Shown here: positions 9,439-18,760 of the stretch, piece after piece
Numbering within the stretch: the first letter of the stretch is position 1
Layout: every line of letters starts with the position of its first letter
Assembly: GCA_963721715.1 (NCBI GenBank)
Contig: CAVRKI010000004.1
Span: 1,426,991-1,490,990 of the forward strand
Length of the DNA: 64,000 nt
From: an uncultured Acidobacteriota bacterium
Lineage (GTDB): Bacteria > Acidobacteriota > Vicinamibacteria > Vicinamibacterales > UBA2999
Direction: 5' to 3'
Position numbers and translations under genes: made by a program
Notes under the pieces: model-generated
What the model saw: the letters and a program-made list of their open reading frames with translations, nothing else
Told to the model about the DNA's origin: nothing
Databases searched by the model: none

Positions 9439-12400
9439 ATGAGGTCCATGTCTATGCCGTCCCGGTCACTGTTCCGACGCCTGATCGTCCTCGCTGCGTT
9501 CGTCGCCGCGCTGGCGGTTCAAGGCCAGTCATCTTCCGCCCTGCTCAGCGCCCAGGGTGACGCGAACGCGGTGGTGCCGCCGGCCGCGTTCAAGGAACTC
9601 AAGTGGCGAAGCGTGGGTGCCACGCGCGGCGGTCGCGTCACTGCCTACTCGGGCGTGCGACAGCAGCCGCACACGTTCTATTTCGGCGGCGTCGGCGGCG
9701 GGGTGTGGAAGACGGAAGACGCCGGCGGTTCCTGGGCGCCTGTCAGCGACGGCCAGATCGCCACCGGCTCCATCGGCTCCATCGACGTGGCGCCCTCGAA
9801 CCCCAATCACGTGTGGGTGGGCACGGGCAGCGCCGCCATCCGCTCCAACGTCATCATCGGGCGCGGCGTCTACAAGTCGCTCGATGCCGGCAAGACCTGG
9901 CAGGACATGGGCCTGAAGGACTCCGGTCAGATCGGCGGCATCAAGATCCACCCCTACAACACCAACACGGTGTGGCTGGCGGCGCTCGGCTCGCCCTTCG
10001 GCCCCAACGACGAACGCGGCATCTTCAAGACCACCGACGGCGGCAGGAGCTGGAAGAAGACGCTGTTCGTGAACAACGAGACCGGCGGCCGTGACATCGA
10101 GGTGGACTGGGAGAATCCGGACATCCTCTACGCGGCGATGTACAAGGGTTTCCGCAAGGGCTGGGACATCATCAGCGGCGGGCCGGCCTCCGAGGGCGGC
10201 ATCTACAAGTCGACCGACGGCGGCGAGACGTGGAAGAAGATCACGGCCGGACTCCCGGACGACCTGATCGGCAAGATCGACATCGACATCGCGCGCAGCA
10301 ACCCGAAGGTGCTCTACGCGATGGTCGAGGCGCTCGGCGCCAAGGGCGGGCTCTATCGCTCCAACGACGCGGGTGAATCGTGGACGCTGGTGAACAGCAG
10401 CCAGCGGCTGCGCGCGCGGCCGTTCTACTTCCACTACGTCACCGTCAACCCGAAGAACGAGAACGAAGTCTGGGTCAACGAGCTCGGCCTGCACCGCAGC
10501 GTCGACGGCGGCAAGACCTTCACCGCGGTGGAGACGCCGCACGGCGACAACCACGGCATGTGGTTCAACCCGGACAACCCGAGCATCATCCTGCAGGTGA
10601 ACGACGGCGGCGCCAACGTCAGCCTGAACAGCGGCAAGAGCTGGTCGTCGATCCTGAACCAGCCGACCGCCGAGTACTACATGGTGGCCGTGGACGAGCA
10701 GTACCCCTATCGCCTCTACATGCCGCAGCAGGACAACAGCACGCTGATCATTCCCGAGCGTGCCGCCGGTGTCGTGGGGCTTCGAGCACCCGGCACAGGC
10801 CTGGCAGCAGGCCTCGGGCTGCGAGACCGGCCAGATCTGGCCGAAGCCGGACGGCAAGGTGGTGTGGGGCGCGTGCAAGGGCGAAGTGGGCCGCTACAAC
10901 ACCGAGACGGGGCAGGAGAAGCACTACTGGGTGTATCCGCAGAACCGCTACGGCCACGATCCGGACGACATCAAGTTCCGCTTCCCTCGCCAGACGGTGG
11001 TCTACGTGTCGCCGCACGATTCGCGCGTCATCTACCAGGCGTCGCACGTGCTGCACCGCTCGACCGACGAGGGCATCCTCTGGGACATCATCAGCCCGGA
11101 TCTCACGGCCAAGGAACCGCAGTATCAAATCGTCTCGGGCAACCCGATCACGCGCGACGTGACGGGCGAGGAAGTCTACTCGACGATCTACTCGATGATC
11201 GAGTCGCGCCTCGAGCGCGGCGTGATCTGGGTCGGCGCCAACGACGGGCCGGTCAGCGTCACGCGCGACAACGGCAAGACCTGGAAGAACGTCACGCCGC
11301 CGGGTCTCGTGGGCGCGCGCATCCAGACGGTCGAAGACTCGCCGCACGCGAAAGGCCGCGCCTACATCGCCGCCTACCGCTTCATGCGCGAGCACGATCT
11401 GAAGCCGTACATCTACCGCACCGACGACTACGGCGCCACGTGGACGCTGCTGACCGACGGCAAGAATGGCATCCCCGGCGACTACCCCACGCGCGTCGTG
11501 CGCGAGGATCCGAAGCAGCCCGGGCTGCTCTATGCCGGCACCGAGTTCGGGTTCTTCGTCTCCTTCAACGCCGGCAAGAACTGGCAGCCGCTGCAGCAGA
11601 ACCTGCCGGTGACGCCGATCACCGACATCAAGGTCCACCGCAACGACCTCGTCATCTCGACCATGGGCCGGTCGGCGTGGATCATGGACAACGTGACGCC
11701 GCTGCAGCAACTGGCGGCAATCGCCAGCGGCACGCGTCCGGCGGCCACCGCGCCGGGCGCGCAGGTCGCCGCGAGCGCCGCGCCCTCGGGACTCGCGCTC
11801 TCGACGGTGCAGCCGCGCTTCTCGATGGCCTCGCTCTTCGAGCAGGCAGCCGCTCCCGCCGCGCCTCCGGCAGCAGCCGGGGCGATGCCGGCGACGCTGA
11901 TCTTCGCGCCGCGCGAAGCCATTCGCCTGCGCAACAGCGCCCAGCCAGCGTCGCCCGATGCGCCGGAGTATCCCGGCACCAGCGCGCAGATCGACGTCTA
12001 CTTCCAGACCGCGCCGGCGGCCGATACCAAGGTGGAGATCACCGATGCGCGCGGCCAGGTGCTGCGCGCCTTCATGGTGCTGCCCGCGGGCGGCGCCTCG
12101 GGCGGCGGCCAGGAGATGCGCGGGCCGTTCCGTCGCGGCGGCGGCAGCTCGCCGGGCATCAAGCCCGAGGCCGGGATGCAGCGGCTGACGTGGGACCTGC
12201 GCTTCCCGGGGCCCTGGGCACCCAACGCGCCCGAGGGCGGCCCCGGCGGGCCGCTGGTGCCCCCGGGCAAGTACACGGTGAAGCTGACCGCGGGCGGGCA
12301 GACCACCACCCGCACGCTGGAAGTGAAGTCGGACCCGCGCGTCGCGGCCGACGGCGTCACCGACGGCGATCTGTCGGAACAGGTGAAGCTGCAGCTGGGC

Positions 12401-12730
12401 GTGCGCGACGCCGTCAGCGACGCCCGCAAGCTGCAGGTGAGCATCGAGGAGGCCATGAAGAAGGCGGGCGTCAAGCCTGTGGCCCCCGCCGGCCCCGGCG
12501 CGACGCCGGCGTCGACGAAGTACGACCACCCGCTGCAGCAGTTGTGGGCGCAGGTGGCGACCACGCCTGGCATCTACACGCAGGGCATGCTGGTCGATCA
12601 GCTGAACAACGTGCAGCGCATGATCGGCCAGGCGGACCAGAAGGTGGGCAAGGACGCTTACGACCGCTTCTCCGATCTGCAGCAGGAACTGGCGAAGCTG
12701 CAGGCGGAGTTCGCGAAGATGCCGAAGTAG
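9439..12730 (+). CDS. Sortilin/VPS10-type BNR (Asp-box) repeat beta-propeller protein, exported; frame broken once
   Basis: About 10 Asp-box motifs, including TEDAGGSW, SLDAGKTW, TTDGGRSW, STDGGETW, SNDAGESW, SVDGGKTF, TRDNGKTW and TDDYGATW. The N-terminal half is in ORF 9439.., the C-terminal half in ORF 10760..12730. The break is at the ccc run 10753-10755. Confidence 0.8.
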
Positions 12731-12865
12731 GCCGCGCCTTCGGCACGGTAGGGAAGAGCAGGGCCTCGCCGCGCTCGGTCGGAACAGACAGGGCCTCGCT
12801 GTGCTCGGTAGGGCCGCGCTTCGCGCCGTGGGACAGACAGGCCGCGCTCACGCGCGGCAGGGGAC
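12728..12865. repeat. REP-like GC-rich palindromic units (about 5 units)
   Basis: gccgcgccttcggcacggtaggg / cagggcctcgccgcgctcggtcgg / cagggcctcgctgtgctcggtaggg / ccgcgcttcgcgccgtggg / caggccgcgctcacgcgcggcagggg. Confidence 0.85.
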
Positions 12866-12875
12866 GTCACGCTGG

Positions 12876-12897
12876 CGCCGGGACTTCAATCCCGGCG
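12876..12897. terminator. Hairpin cgccggga-cttcaa-tcccggcg between convergent genes (no U-tract)
   Basis: Perfect 8-bp stem with a 6-nt loop, 40 nt downstream of the MerB-like stop. Confidence 0.3.
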
Positions 12898-12937
12898 TCG
12901 TCACGTACGAGCTCTCTCCTACGCGCCGCAGGCTCGC

Positions 12938-13597
12938 CTAAGAAAGCGCCCAGAACTCCCCCACGAATCCGTGTCGCGCGAAGATCCCTGCAGCCTCGGC
13001 GGTCGAGGCGCGCTGCCAATCGGGGTCGCATCGGGTCGCGTACCACTCGGCTCCAAGCTCGTACACCCGCTGCGGCGTCCCGACGGCGCCGCGTTGCCGA
13101 TCGGACGCGCGCAGCCAGGCGTCGAGTTCACCCTCCGACCGGAAGGCGCGGATGTTGGCTCAGGTGAAAGCGATGTCATCCCAGAACCGCGCGGCCGGCA
13201 CCAGGAAGTGCACCAGGCCCTCGCCCGAGACGATGCGATCGCGAACCTCGAAGCGAATCGACTCACCGGTCGCCGGTGAGTGGGTGTCGAGCGCGCCGTC
13301 GCCGACCAGCGCCAGGATCGATAGGCCGTCCCACACACAGTTCGCGAACCACGACCGATGTCCCGAACGCACGACGACGTCGGTCTCAATCCCTGAGAAC
13401 GGGTGGGCCATCCACAGGTCGTCGGCGCCCGGGCGCAGCACGAGCGCGTGCGCCTGGGCCAGCGCCCGCAGCGCTGCGGTCACCCCTGCTTCCGTGAAAC
13501 CCAGCTGCGATGCCAGCGCCGAGACGGACGGCGCCTGCCCCTGCTCGAGCAGCGAGCGATAGACAGCGGCCCTCACCTGACGCTCGATCTCTGTCAT
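12938..13597 (-). CDS. MerB-like alkylmercury lyase family protein with in-frame TGA (13160-13162) at the catalytic-Cys position; candidate selenoprotein or nonsense mutant
   Basis: ORF 13160..13597 carries WFANCVWD (the MerB C96-x-x-D99 pattern). The same frame stays coherent past the TGA: ANIRAFRSEGELDAWL...RVYELGAEWY, up to TAG 12938. By recollection this aligns with MerB CCHVHFFASVPTAEDW...EAFGLGQEF. Confidence 0.7.
13129..13148 (-). other. SECIS-like hairpin downstream of the in-frame UGA
   Basis: mRNA reads UGA GCCAACAUCCGCG CCUUCC GGUC GGAGGG UG. This is a 6-bp stem (one G-U pair) extendable by 2 bp, with a GGUC tetraloop occupying nt 23-26 counted from the U of UGA. Confidence 0.4.
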
Positions 13598-13630
13598 TGC
13601 GCGTTACGTCCCGCACTCCCGCCCCCCAGT

Positions 13631-13702
13631 GTCCCACGCGCCGAAGGCGCGCCTACCGAACGCAGTGAGGCCCTGTCCCCCTACCGAGCGAAGCGAGGCC
13701 CC
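13631..13702. repeat. REP-like units, opposite orientation to 12728-12865
   Basis: gtcccacgcgccgaaggcgcgcctacc ... ccctaccgagcgaagcgaggcccc. The reverse complement matches gggcctcgctgtgctcggtaggg. The TAG stop of 13681..14214 lies inside. Confidence 0.85.
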
Positions 13703-14214
13703 TCCACTGGCTGCGACGGCGTGTCAAGCAGCAGTTGGTAGAACTCGAGATCCAGCCAGCGCCCGAATTTGTAGCCGGCGTGCCGGATCGTGCCGCAGAG
13801 CTGGAAACCCATGTCGAGATGCAGACGGCGGCTGGCCTCGTTGCCCGCCTCGATGCCGGCGACGATGTTGTGGTACGCCTGCTCGCGGGCGCGCGCCACG
13901 GCCGCGGTGATCAGGGCCCGCCCGAGGCCACGGCCGCGATGATCCTTGTGCACGTAGACCGAGTGCTCGACCGAGTACTGGTACGCGGGCCAGGCGCGGA
14001 ACGGGCCATAACTGGCGAAGCCCAGCAGCGTTCCGGCCTCGTCCACCGCGCCGATCACCGGGAACCGGCCCGCCTCCTTTGCGGCGAACCAGGCCTCCAT
14101 CGACTCCGGCGCGCGAGGCTCGTAGTCCCACAGCGCGGTCGAGTTCACGATGGCCTCATTGAGGATGGCGAGGATCTCGACGGCGTGCTCGCGCGTGCAG
14201 TCGATCAGTCGCAT
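13681..14214 (-). CDS. GNAT N-acetyltransferase (phosphinothricin-acetyltransferase-like)
   Basis: Start at ATG 14214 (MRLIDCTREHA) within ORF 13681..14358. Acetyl-CoA site VHKDHRGRGLGRALI. Overall PAT-like pattern. Confidence 0.85.
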   Translation of the reverse strand: MRLIDCTREHAVEILAILNEAIVNSTALWDYEPRAPESMEAWFAAKEAGRFPVIGAVDEAGTLLGFASYGPFRAWPAYQYSVEHSVYVHKDHRGRGLGRALITAAVARAREQAYHNIVAGIEAGNEASRRLHLDMGFQLCGTIRHAGYKFGRWLDLEFYQLLLDTPSQPVEGPRFAR

Positions 14215-14216
14215 CC

Positions 14217-14676
14217 TCAGCCTCGCGGCAGGACCGCCGTCAACTGCAGTCGCTCGTCCGACCCGGGCGCCAGCCCGCAGCTGCGGTACAGCGCGTTCGC
14301 CGCGACGTTGTCCGGCGCCACCTCCACGTGAATGGCGCGGCAGCCCCGGCGCCGGCACTCATCCAGCAGCACGGCCAGCCCCGCGCGCGCGACGCCTCGA
14401 CGTCGATGGTCCTGCTTCACGAACAGATCGTCGATGTAGCCCAGCAACCCGCCGAACTCCATCGCGAATCGCACTGACAACACCACATGACCGGCGGGCG
14501 CGCCGTCCACCTCCAGCAGCCACACCGCCCCACGCGACGAGTCCCTCAGCAGCTCGCGCAAACGCCTGCGCGGCCCAGGCACGGTCCAGCGGAAACGACG
14601 ACTCCACATAGAACTCGGCCATCAGGTCGATCAGCACGGGCGCGTCCGCGGTCGTGGCGTGGCGCACCGCGATCAC
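14217..14676 (-). CDS. GNAT N-acetyltransferase; frame broken once; in frame with upstream DUF488 with no stop between
   Basis: VIAVRHATTADAPVLIDLMAEFY lies in the 14359..15138 frame. It continues as AVWLLEVDGAPAGHVVLS...LFVKQDHRRRGVARAGL in ORF 14217..14609. The shift lies near 14575. Confidence 0.65.
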
Positions 14677-15063
14677 GAGCTCGACCTTCGCGCCCTGCTC
14701 GATCAGTAGCTGCTTCAGGATCGAGCGATGGCAATGCTGTTCGTCTTCGCAATAGCAGCCGACGGAGAAGTTCGTGGTATGCGAGAGCGTGGCGAGCAGC
14801 GCCAGGGCGTGTGCCGCGTCGGGCGCGGCCATCTCCGCCTTGTACTTCTTCGTGAACGTCGCCCATTGCGCCGGCGTCGTCGCGCCCTGCCCCAGCTTCA
14901 TCGTCTCGACGGAGGGGGCCAGGTTCGGGAACCAGACGTCGTACCAGTTGTCGGAGGAGAACTTCTCCTTCGGCACACCGCGCGGCGGACGGCGAACGGT
15001 GCCGATGCGGGTGCCTTCGCCGGGCACGCGGGGAGAGCCGAGACGGACGACCCGCACGCTCAT
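14677..15063 (-). CDS. DUF488-family protein
   Basis: Start at ATG 15063 (MSVRVVRLGSPR). It carries the ...WFPNLAPS... and ...VGCYCEDEQHCHRSIL signature. There is no in-frame stop before the GNAT domain. Confidence 0.7.
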
Positions 15064-15484
15064 GATGTCGCTTCGCTCCGGCGCTTCAGCCCGGCGGCTT
15101 CCATCGCGATGTAGCGGTTGGTGATCCCGCTCGTCCACCGTCCCAGCAGCTTGCCGAGCACGCCGTCGTAGGTGAGGGACAGCGTGACGCGGCTGCCGGC
15201 TGGCGTCGGTTCGATGCGGTGACGCCAGTCACGTGAATGCCCGGCCCGGTCGATTCCCAGGTGAAGCTGCGCCCGGATTCGACCGCGGTCACCGTCCACA
15301 CCGCCGGCGGAAACTTCGGCTGGCGCACCAGCGCTCGTTGGCCCACCGCCAGCGGGCCTTGGCCCCAGCGTTTGATGCCGCGAATGCTGGCGGTCCATTC
15401 GTGCCAGCGCTCGACGTCGCTCATGATCGGCCAGACGCGCGACGGCGGCGCGTCGATCTCGATGTGGTGACTGAAATGCATCAT
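15060..15484 (-). CDS. SRPBCC (START/polyketide-cyclase-like) family protein; frame broken once
   Basis: MMHFSHHIEIDAPPSRVWPIMSDVERWHEW lies in ORF 15086..15829. The C-terminus RIEPTPAGSRVTLSLTYDGVLGKLLG lies in ORF 15060..15509. The shift lies near 15235. Confidence 0.7.
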
Positions 15485-15843
15485 CTCTTGCGCGCCGTCC
15501 ATGCGGCACTCCCGATCGCGGCGGCGATCAGCAGCCACGACACCAGTGGAACCATCAGAAAAGCGGGCGTGGGCCTGGTCCAGCGCATCGTCGCGATGGT
15601 GTACGCGGCCAGCGACGCCAGCGTGATCGGCAGCACCAGCGCCCGCACAGTCGCACCGGCGCACGTGGCCCAGGGACGCGATGACCTGCCGGCGGCCAGA
15701 AGCGCGGCGAACGGCGAGACCACCCACATGAGGAACATGACGAGCAGCGCGCGCGGTGAGTTCCGTCCCACCCACAGCGTCAGTCCCAACGAGCCGCAGG
15801 CGCCGAGAACGGCGACCGCCGCGGGCCATCTGCTGCGAGTCAT
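15481..15843 (-). CDS. Hypothetical 4-TM membrane protein
   Basis: Start at ATG 15843 (MTRSRWPAAVAVLGA) in ORF 15481..16500. Hydrophobic throughout. The stop overlaps the next start (ATGA). Confidence 0.5.
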   Translation of the reverse strand: MTRSRWPAAVAVLGACGSLGLTLWVGRNSPRALLVMFLMWVVSPFAALLAAGRSSRPWATCAGATVRALVLPITLASLAAYTIATMRWTRPTPAFLMVPLVSWLLIAAAIGSAAWTARKR

Positions 15844-15887
15844 GTCGTCGCCGATTCTAACGCGGCGCGCGGCCGCCAGCCGTCGCT

Positions 15888-16526
15888 TCAGCAACTGTTC
15901 GCGAGTTCGCACGCCGTCGGCTTGCGAATGGTCCACACGCCTCGGCTGCAGACCCCGGCGCCGATCGGACTGTTCACGGCCAGCGACCCCTCGCCCGTGC
16001 CGGTGAACGCCGACGAGGCCGCGGTGAACGAGCCGGATAAGTTCGCTGTCGGTCCGGCGGCGCCGCTGAACGTCATGGACGCCACGCCGAAGCTGCCAGC
16101 GGCACTGCGATCGACCGCCGTGCCTTGCGCCGTGCCCGCCATCAGCACGGGTCCGAAAGAGCTCTGAGCGGTGATCAGCCGGAGTTCGAGGTTCCCATCG
16201 TCTGGGGTTGTCGACCGTGCCACCCACGAGCCGCCGTCGCGACCGAGCGTCACGAACGAGAGGATCGAGACGCCGACGAAGGTGCCCGTGCCCGTGCAGC
16301 CCTCGAACGACACCGTCTGGCCGTTGACGACGGGGGTGACGGACGCCGAAGTGACGAGCACGTAAGCGCCTGGCTCCACGGTCAGGGTGGCCGAGTCGCC
16401 GGCACCGCTGGGACTGGAGGGCGTATCCACGCCATCCCCACAGCCCGCGGTACAGACGACGGCCGTGAGCGCGAACACCCGCGCGGCCGACGTGCGCCAT
16501 CTCGCGATCAGCCTGATGTCAGGCAT
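15888..16526 (-). CDS. Hypothetical lipoprotein
   Basis: Intact 212-aa ORF with lipobox-like VVCTAGC. Ser/Thr/Gly-rich beta-type sequence. Confidence 0.55.
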   Translation of the reverse strand: MPDIRLIARWRTSAARVFALTAVVCTAGCGDGVDTPSSPSGAGDSATLTVEPGAYVLVTSASVTPVVNGQTVSFEGCTGTGTFVGVSILSFVTLGRDGGSWVARSTTPDDGNLELRLITAQSSFGPVLMAGTAQGTAVDRSAAGSFGVASMTFSGAAGPTANLSGSFTAASSAFTGTGEGSLAVNSPIGAGVCSRGVWTIRKPTACELANSC

Positions 16527-17421
16527 CGGTGCGCCCCGTTGGTCGCAGGGACAGCTTCAGCCCCTCATGCGAGGCGACGAATCCAAGACGCTGGTAGAAG
16601 CGGATGGCGTCGGCCCGCGACTTGTCCGAGGTGAGCTGCACCACATGGCACCCGCGCTGGCGGGCGCGCGCGATCGCCCATTCCAGCAACTGACGCCCCA
16701 CGCCTCCGGATCGCACCTCGGCGGCGACGCGCACCCCTTCGATCAGCGCGCGCCATCCGCCGCGGTAGGTAATGCCGGGGATGAAGGTCATCTGCAGCAC
16801 CCCGACCACCGCATGGGTGTCGGTCTCCACGACGACGAGTTCGTTGTTGAGATCGCGGTCGATGGCGTCGAAGGCGGCGTAATAGGGCTCCGGCAGCGGC
16901 GTGGTGAACTGCTCGCGCCTGGCTCCCAGCGGATCGTCGGCGAGCAGCCGGACGATGGCTGGCAGGTCCTCTCGGACCGCGCGGCGAAAGGTGACGTGCG
17001 GTGTGGCCGCGGCGCGACCTTCCACCTCGGTTGCCTGCGGGCGACTGTGGCCGGCGTGGTCGTGCGCGTACACCCAGCACTCCCTGCCTGACGCCAGTGG
17101 CGCCCTCAGCCGCACATACGAGAACACGCGTTCGTAGCCGTCGATGCGGGCGAGCTCATCGTCCGTCACGTCGAACACCGTCCCGGCCACACGGCTCGAC
17201 GTGCTGCCAGCGGACGTCACGTTGTTGTGGTGCGTCTTGCCGAGCCTGGCTGCGATGCGCGGGTCCTCGATCCTCACCAGCGAGGGCTCGAAGCCGACGA
17301 GCTCGTCCTGGTGGCCATCGAGCCGCCTCCCGAGCGTCGCGAGCTGCACGTCTTCCTGCTGCAAGGTGCCGTACGAGAACAGCAGTGGCATGGAGCCAGA
17401 TTCTGCCACACCAGCCTTCAC
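16519..17421 (-). CDS. Fusion protein: gamma-glutamylcyclotransferase-like (AIG2/GGCT) N-domain plus GNAT acetyltransferase C-domain
   Basis: The N-terminal LLFSYGTLQQ...GYERV...WVY matches the GGCT-like pattern. The C-terminal VVGVLQMTFIPG...VAAEVRSGGVGRQLLEWAI...FYQRLGF matches GNAT. Confidence 0.75.
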   Translation of the reverse strand: MKAGVAESGSMPLLFSYGTLQQEDVQLATLGRRLDGHQDELVGFEPSLVRIEDPRIAARLGKTHHNNVTSAGSTSSRVAGTVFDVTDDELARIDGYERVFSYVRLRAPLASGRECWVYAHDHAGHSRPQATEVEGRAAATPHVTFRRAVREDLPAIVRLLADDPLGARREQFTTPLPEPYYAAFDAIDRDLNNELVVVETDTHAVVGVLQMTFIPGITYRGGWRALIEGVRVAAEVRSGGVGRQLLEWAIARARQRGCHVVQLTSDKSRADAIRFYQRLGFVASHEGLKLSLRPTGRTDA

Positions 17422-17455
17422 CTCGAGACTCTGTCGAGCCCCGACCGGGAGCCGG

Positions 17456-17764
17456 TCAGAGTTCGAGGACGAACACCGGTGCGGCCGCTACGATCGCCGC
17501 ACCCACCTGCATCGTCAGCACCAGCAGCGCCGGCCCGGTCGCGCGCGGCAGCCACCGTATCGCGAAGAATCCGATGATCGGCACCTGGCCTGCCATGAGG
17601 AGCTGCCAGAGATGCGCGGCGGTTCCTTCATCGGGTTCGCGAACGATGCCGTAGATCGCGAGGAAGCCAACCACAATCGCGAACGCGACCGCGGACATCG
17701 TCAGCGGCAGGAACGCGCTCGGCTTTCCAAGCAAGGTCGAGAACTTCATGCCCCACCTCCTCAT
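17456..17764 (-). CDS. Hypothetical small 3-TM membrane protein
   Basis: Intact 102-aa ORF, hydrophobic, in operon position. Confidence 0.5.
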   Translation of the reverse strand: MRRWGMKFSTLLGKPSAFLPLTMSAVAFAIVVGFLAIYGIVREPDEGTAAHLWQLLMAGQVPIIGFFAIRWLPRATGPALLVLTMQVGAAIVAAAPVFVLEL

Positions 17765-17800
17765 CCTCTCTCCACGCGAGAGGCGACGACGATCGGACTG

Positions 17801-18760
17801 TCACGGAACCGGGATGCACTCGAGGTCGTTGCTGACGACCACCGGCCCCTTGTAGGCGGACGACACTTCGCGAATGCTGCCTGGCAGGTCCGACAGACTG
17901 AACGTGTCAGGCGCTGCCTCGAAGCGCGAGGCCTTCGTCAAGTGTCCGAGCACCAGCTTCCTCGCATTGGCTGTGGCCGCCACTTCGCCCACGGTTCTCG
18001 GCGCGGCGTGCAGACCCTGCTGGGTAGCCACCGCCAGCGGCGACAACACCAGGTGCATCACCAGCACGTCGGCGCCGCGGGCGAAGTGGGCAAAGCCGGC
18101 GGTCCTGCCGTTCTGATCCGAGCTGAAGACGATCGACCGATCGCCGACGTCAACGCGGTAGGCGATCGCTGGCGCGTTGCCGTGCGCAACCGGAAGGGCG
18201 GTGACGCGAAGACCGCCAGCGCTGAGCACACTGACCGGGGCCGTGCCGGACGCGTCGACCTCCGTCACCCCCAGTGACACGCCGGCCCCGGGCCCACCGA
18301 CCGTCCCGGAGAGCACCTGGAAGGCGCCGCTCGCACCGTCGAACAACCGGCGCAGGAATACCGAAAGCCCGGGGAAGGCGGGGTTGCCCGACGGCCCGGC
18401 GATCGGCAGCGGCTGCTTGCGGGCGCGTTCGCTGAGCCACAGCAGCGCGGGAAGATCCGCGACGTGATCCGGGTGGAGGTGGCTGATGGCGAGCAGTGAC
18501 AGCGACTCCAGGTCGGCACCGGACTCTCCGAACCTCAGGAAGGCACCGCCGCCGGCATCGATCATCACCGCCGCGCGCCCGCCCACCCACACCAGATAGC
18601 TCGTCGAGGCGCGATCGGTGCCCGCGAACGGGCCACCCGAGCCCAGCACCTGGACACCGAGCGCCGCCGTGCGACACGTGTCCTGCGCCCGGGCCTGCCC
18701 GGCAATCACCAGCAGGCATGCACACACACCGAGTGCCCTGAGACCCGTTGTCGATGCCAT
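17801..18760 (-). CDS. MBL-fold metallo-hydrolase, exported
   Basis: Start at ATG 18760 (MASTTGLRALGVCACLLVIAGQARA). AISHLHPDHVADL (HxHxDH) motif. Confidence 0.8.
   Translation of the reverse strand: MASTTGLRALGVCACLLVIAGQARAQDTCRTAALGVQVLGSGGPFAGTDRASTSYLVWVGGRAAVMIDAGGGAFLRFGESGADLESLSLLAISHLHPDHVADLPALLWLSERARKQPLPIAGPSGNPAFPGLSVFLRRLFDGASGAFQVLSGTVGGPGAGVSLGVTEVDASGTAPVSVLSAGGLRVTALPVAHGNAPAIAYRVDVGDRSIVFSSDQNGRTAGFAHFARGADVLVMHLVLSPLAVATQQGLHAAPRTVGEVAATANARKLVLGHLTKASRFEAAPDTFSLSDLPGSIREVSSAYKGPVVVSNDLECIPVP

Noticed and set aside
12728-12865. Regularly spaced GC-rich repeats that might be a CRISPR array.
   Set aside because: The units are degenerate, adjacent units nearly abut and the spacing is irregular (about 25-31 nt). 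There are no unique spacers of CRISPR length and no cas genes. The same units occur in inverted orientation elsewhere.
12871-12905. gccgggacttcaatcccggc resembles a tRNA T-arm (GGTTCAAATCC-like), which would suggest a tRNA or a tRNA-fragment att site.
   Set aside because: The loop is 6 nt, not 7. No acceptor, D or anticodon arms can be drawn in the flanking 80 nt. There is no integrase nearby.
9439-13167. A single 1242-aa ORF suggesting a giant protein.
   Set aside because: After about residue 440 the translation becomes Arg-rich nonsense. The real continuation is the +1 frame (ORF 10760..12730), reached through the ccc run at 10753-10755.
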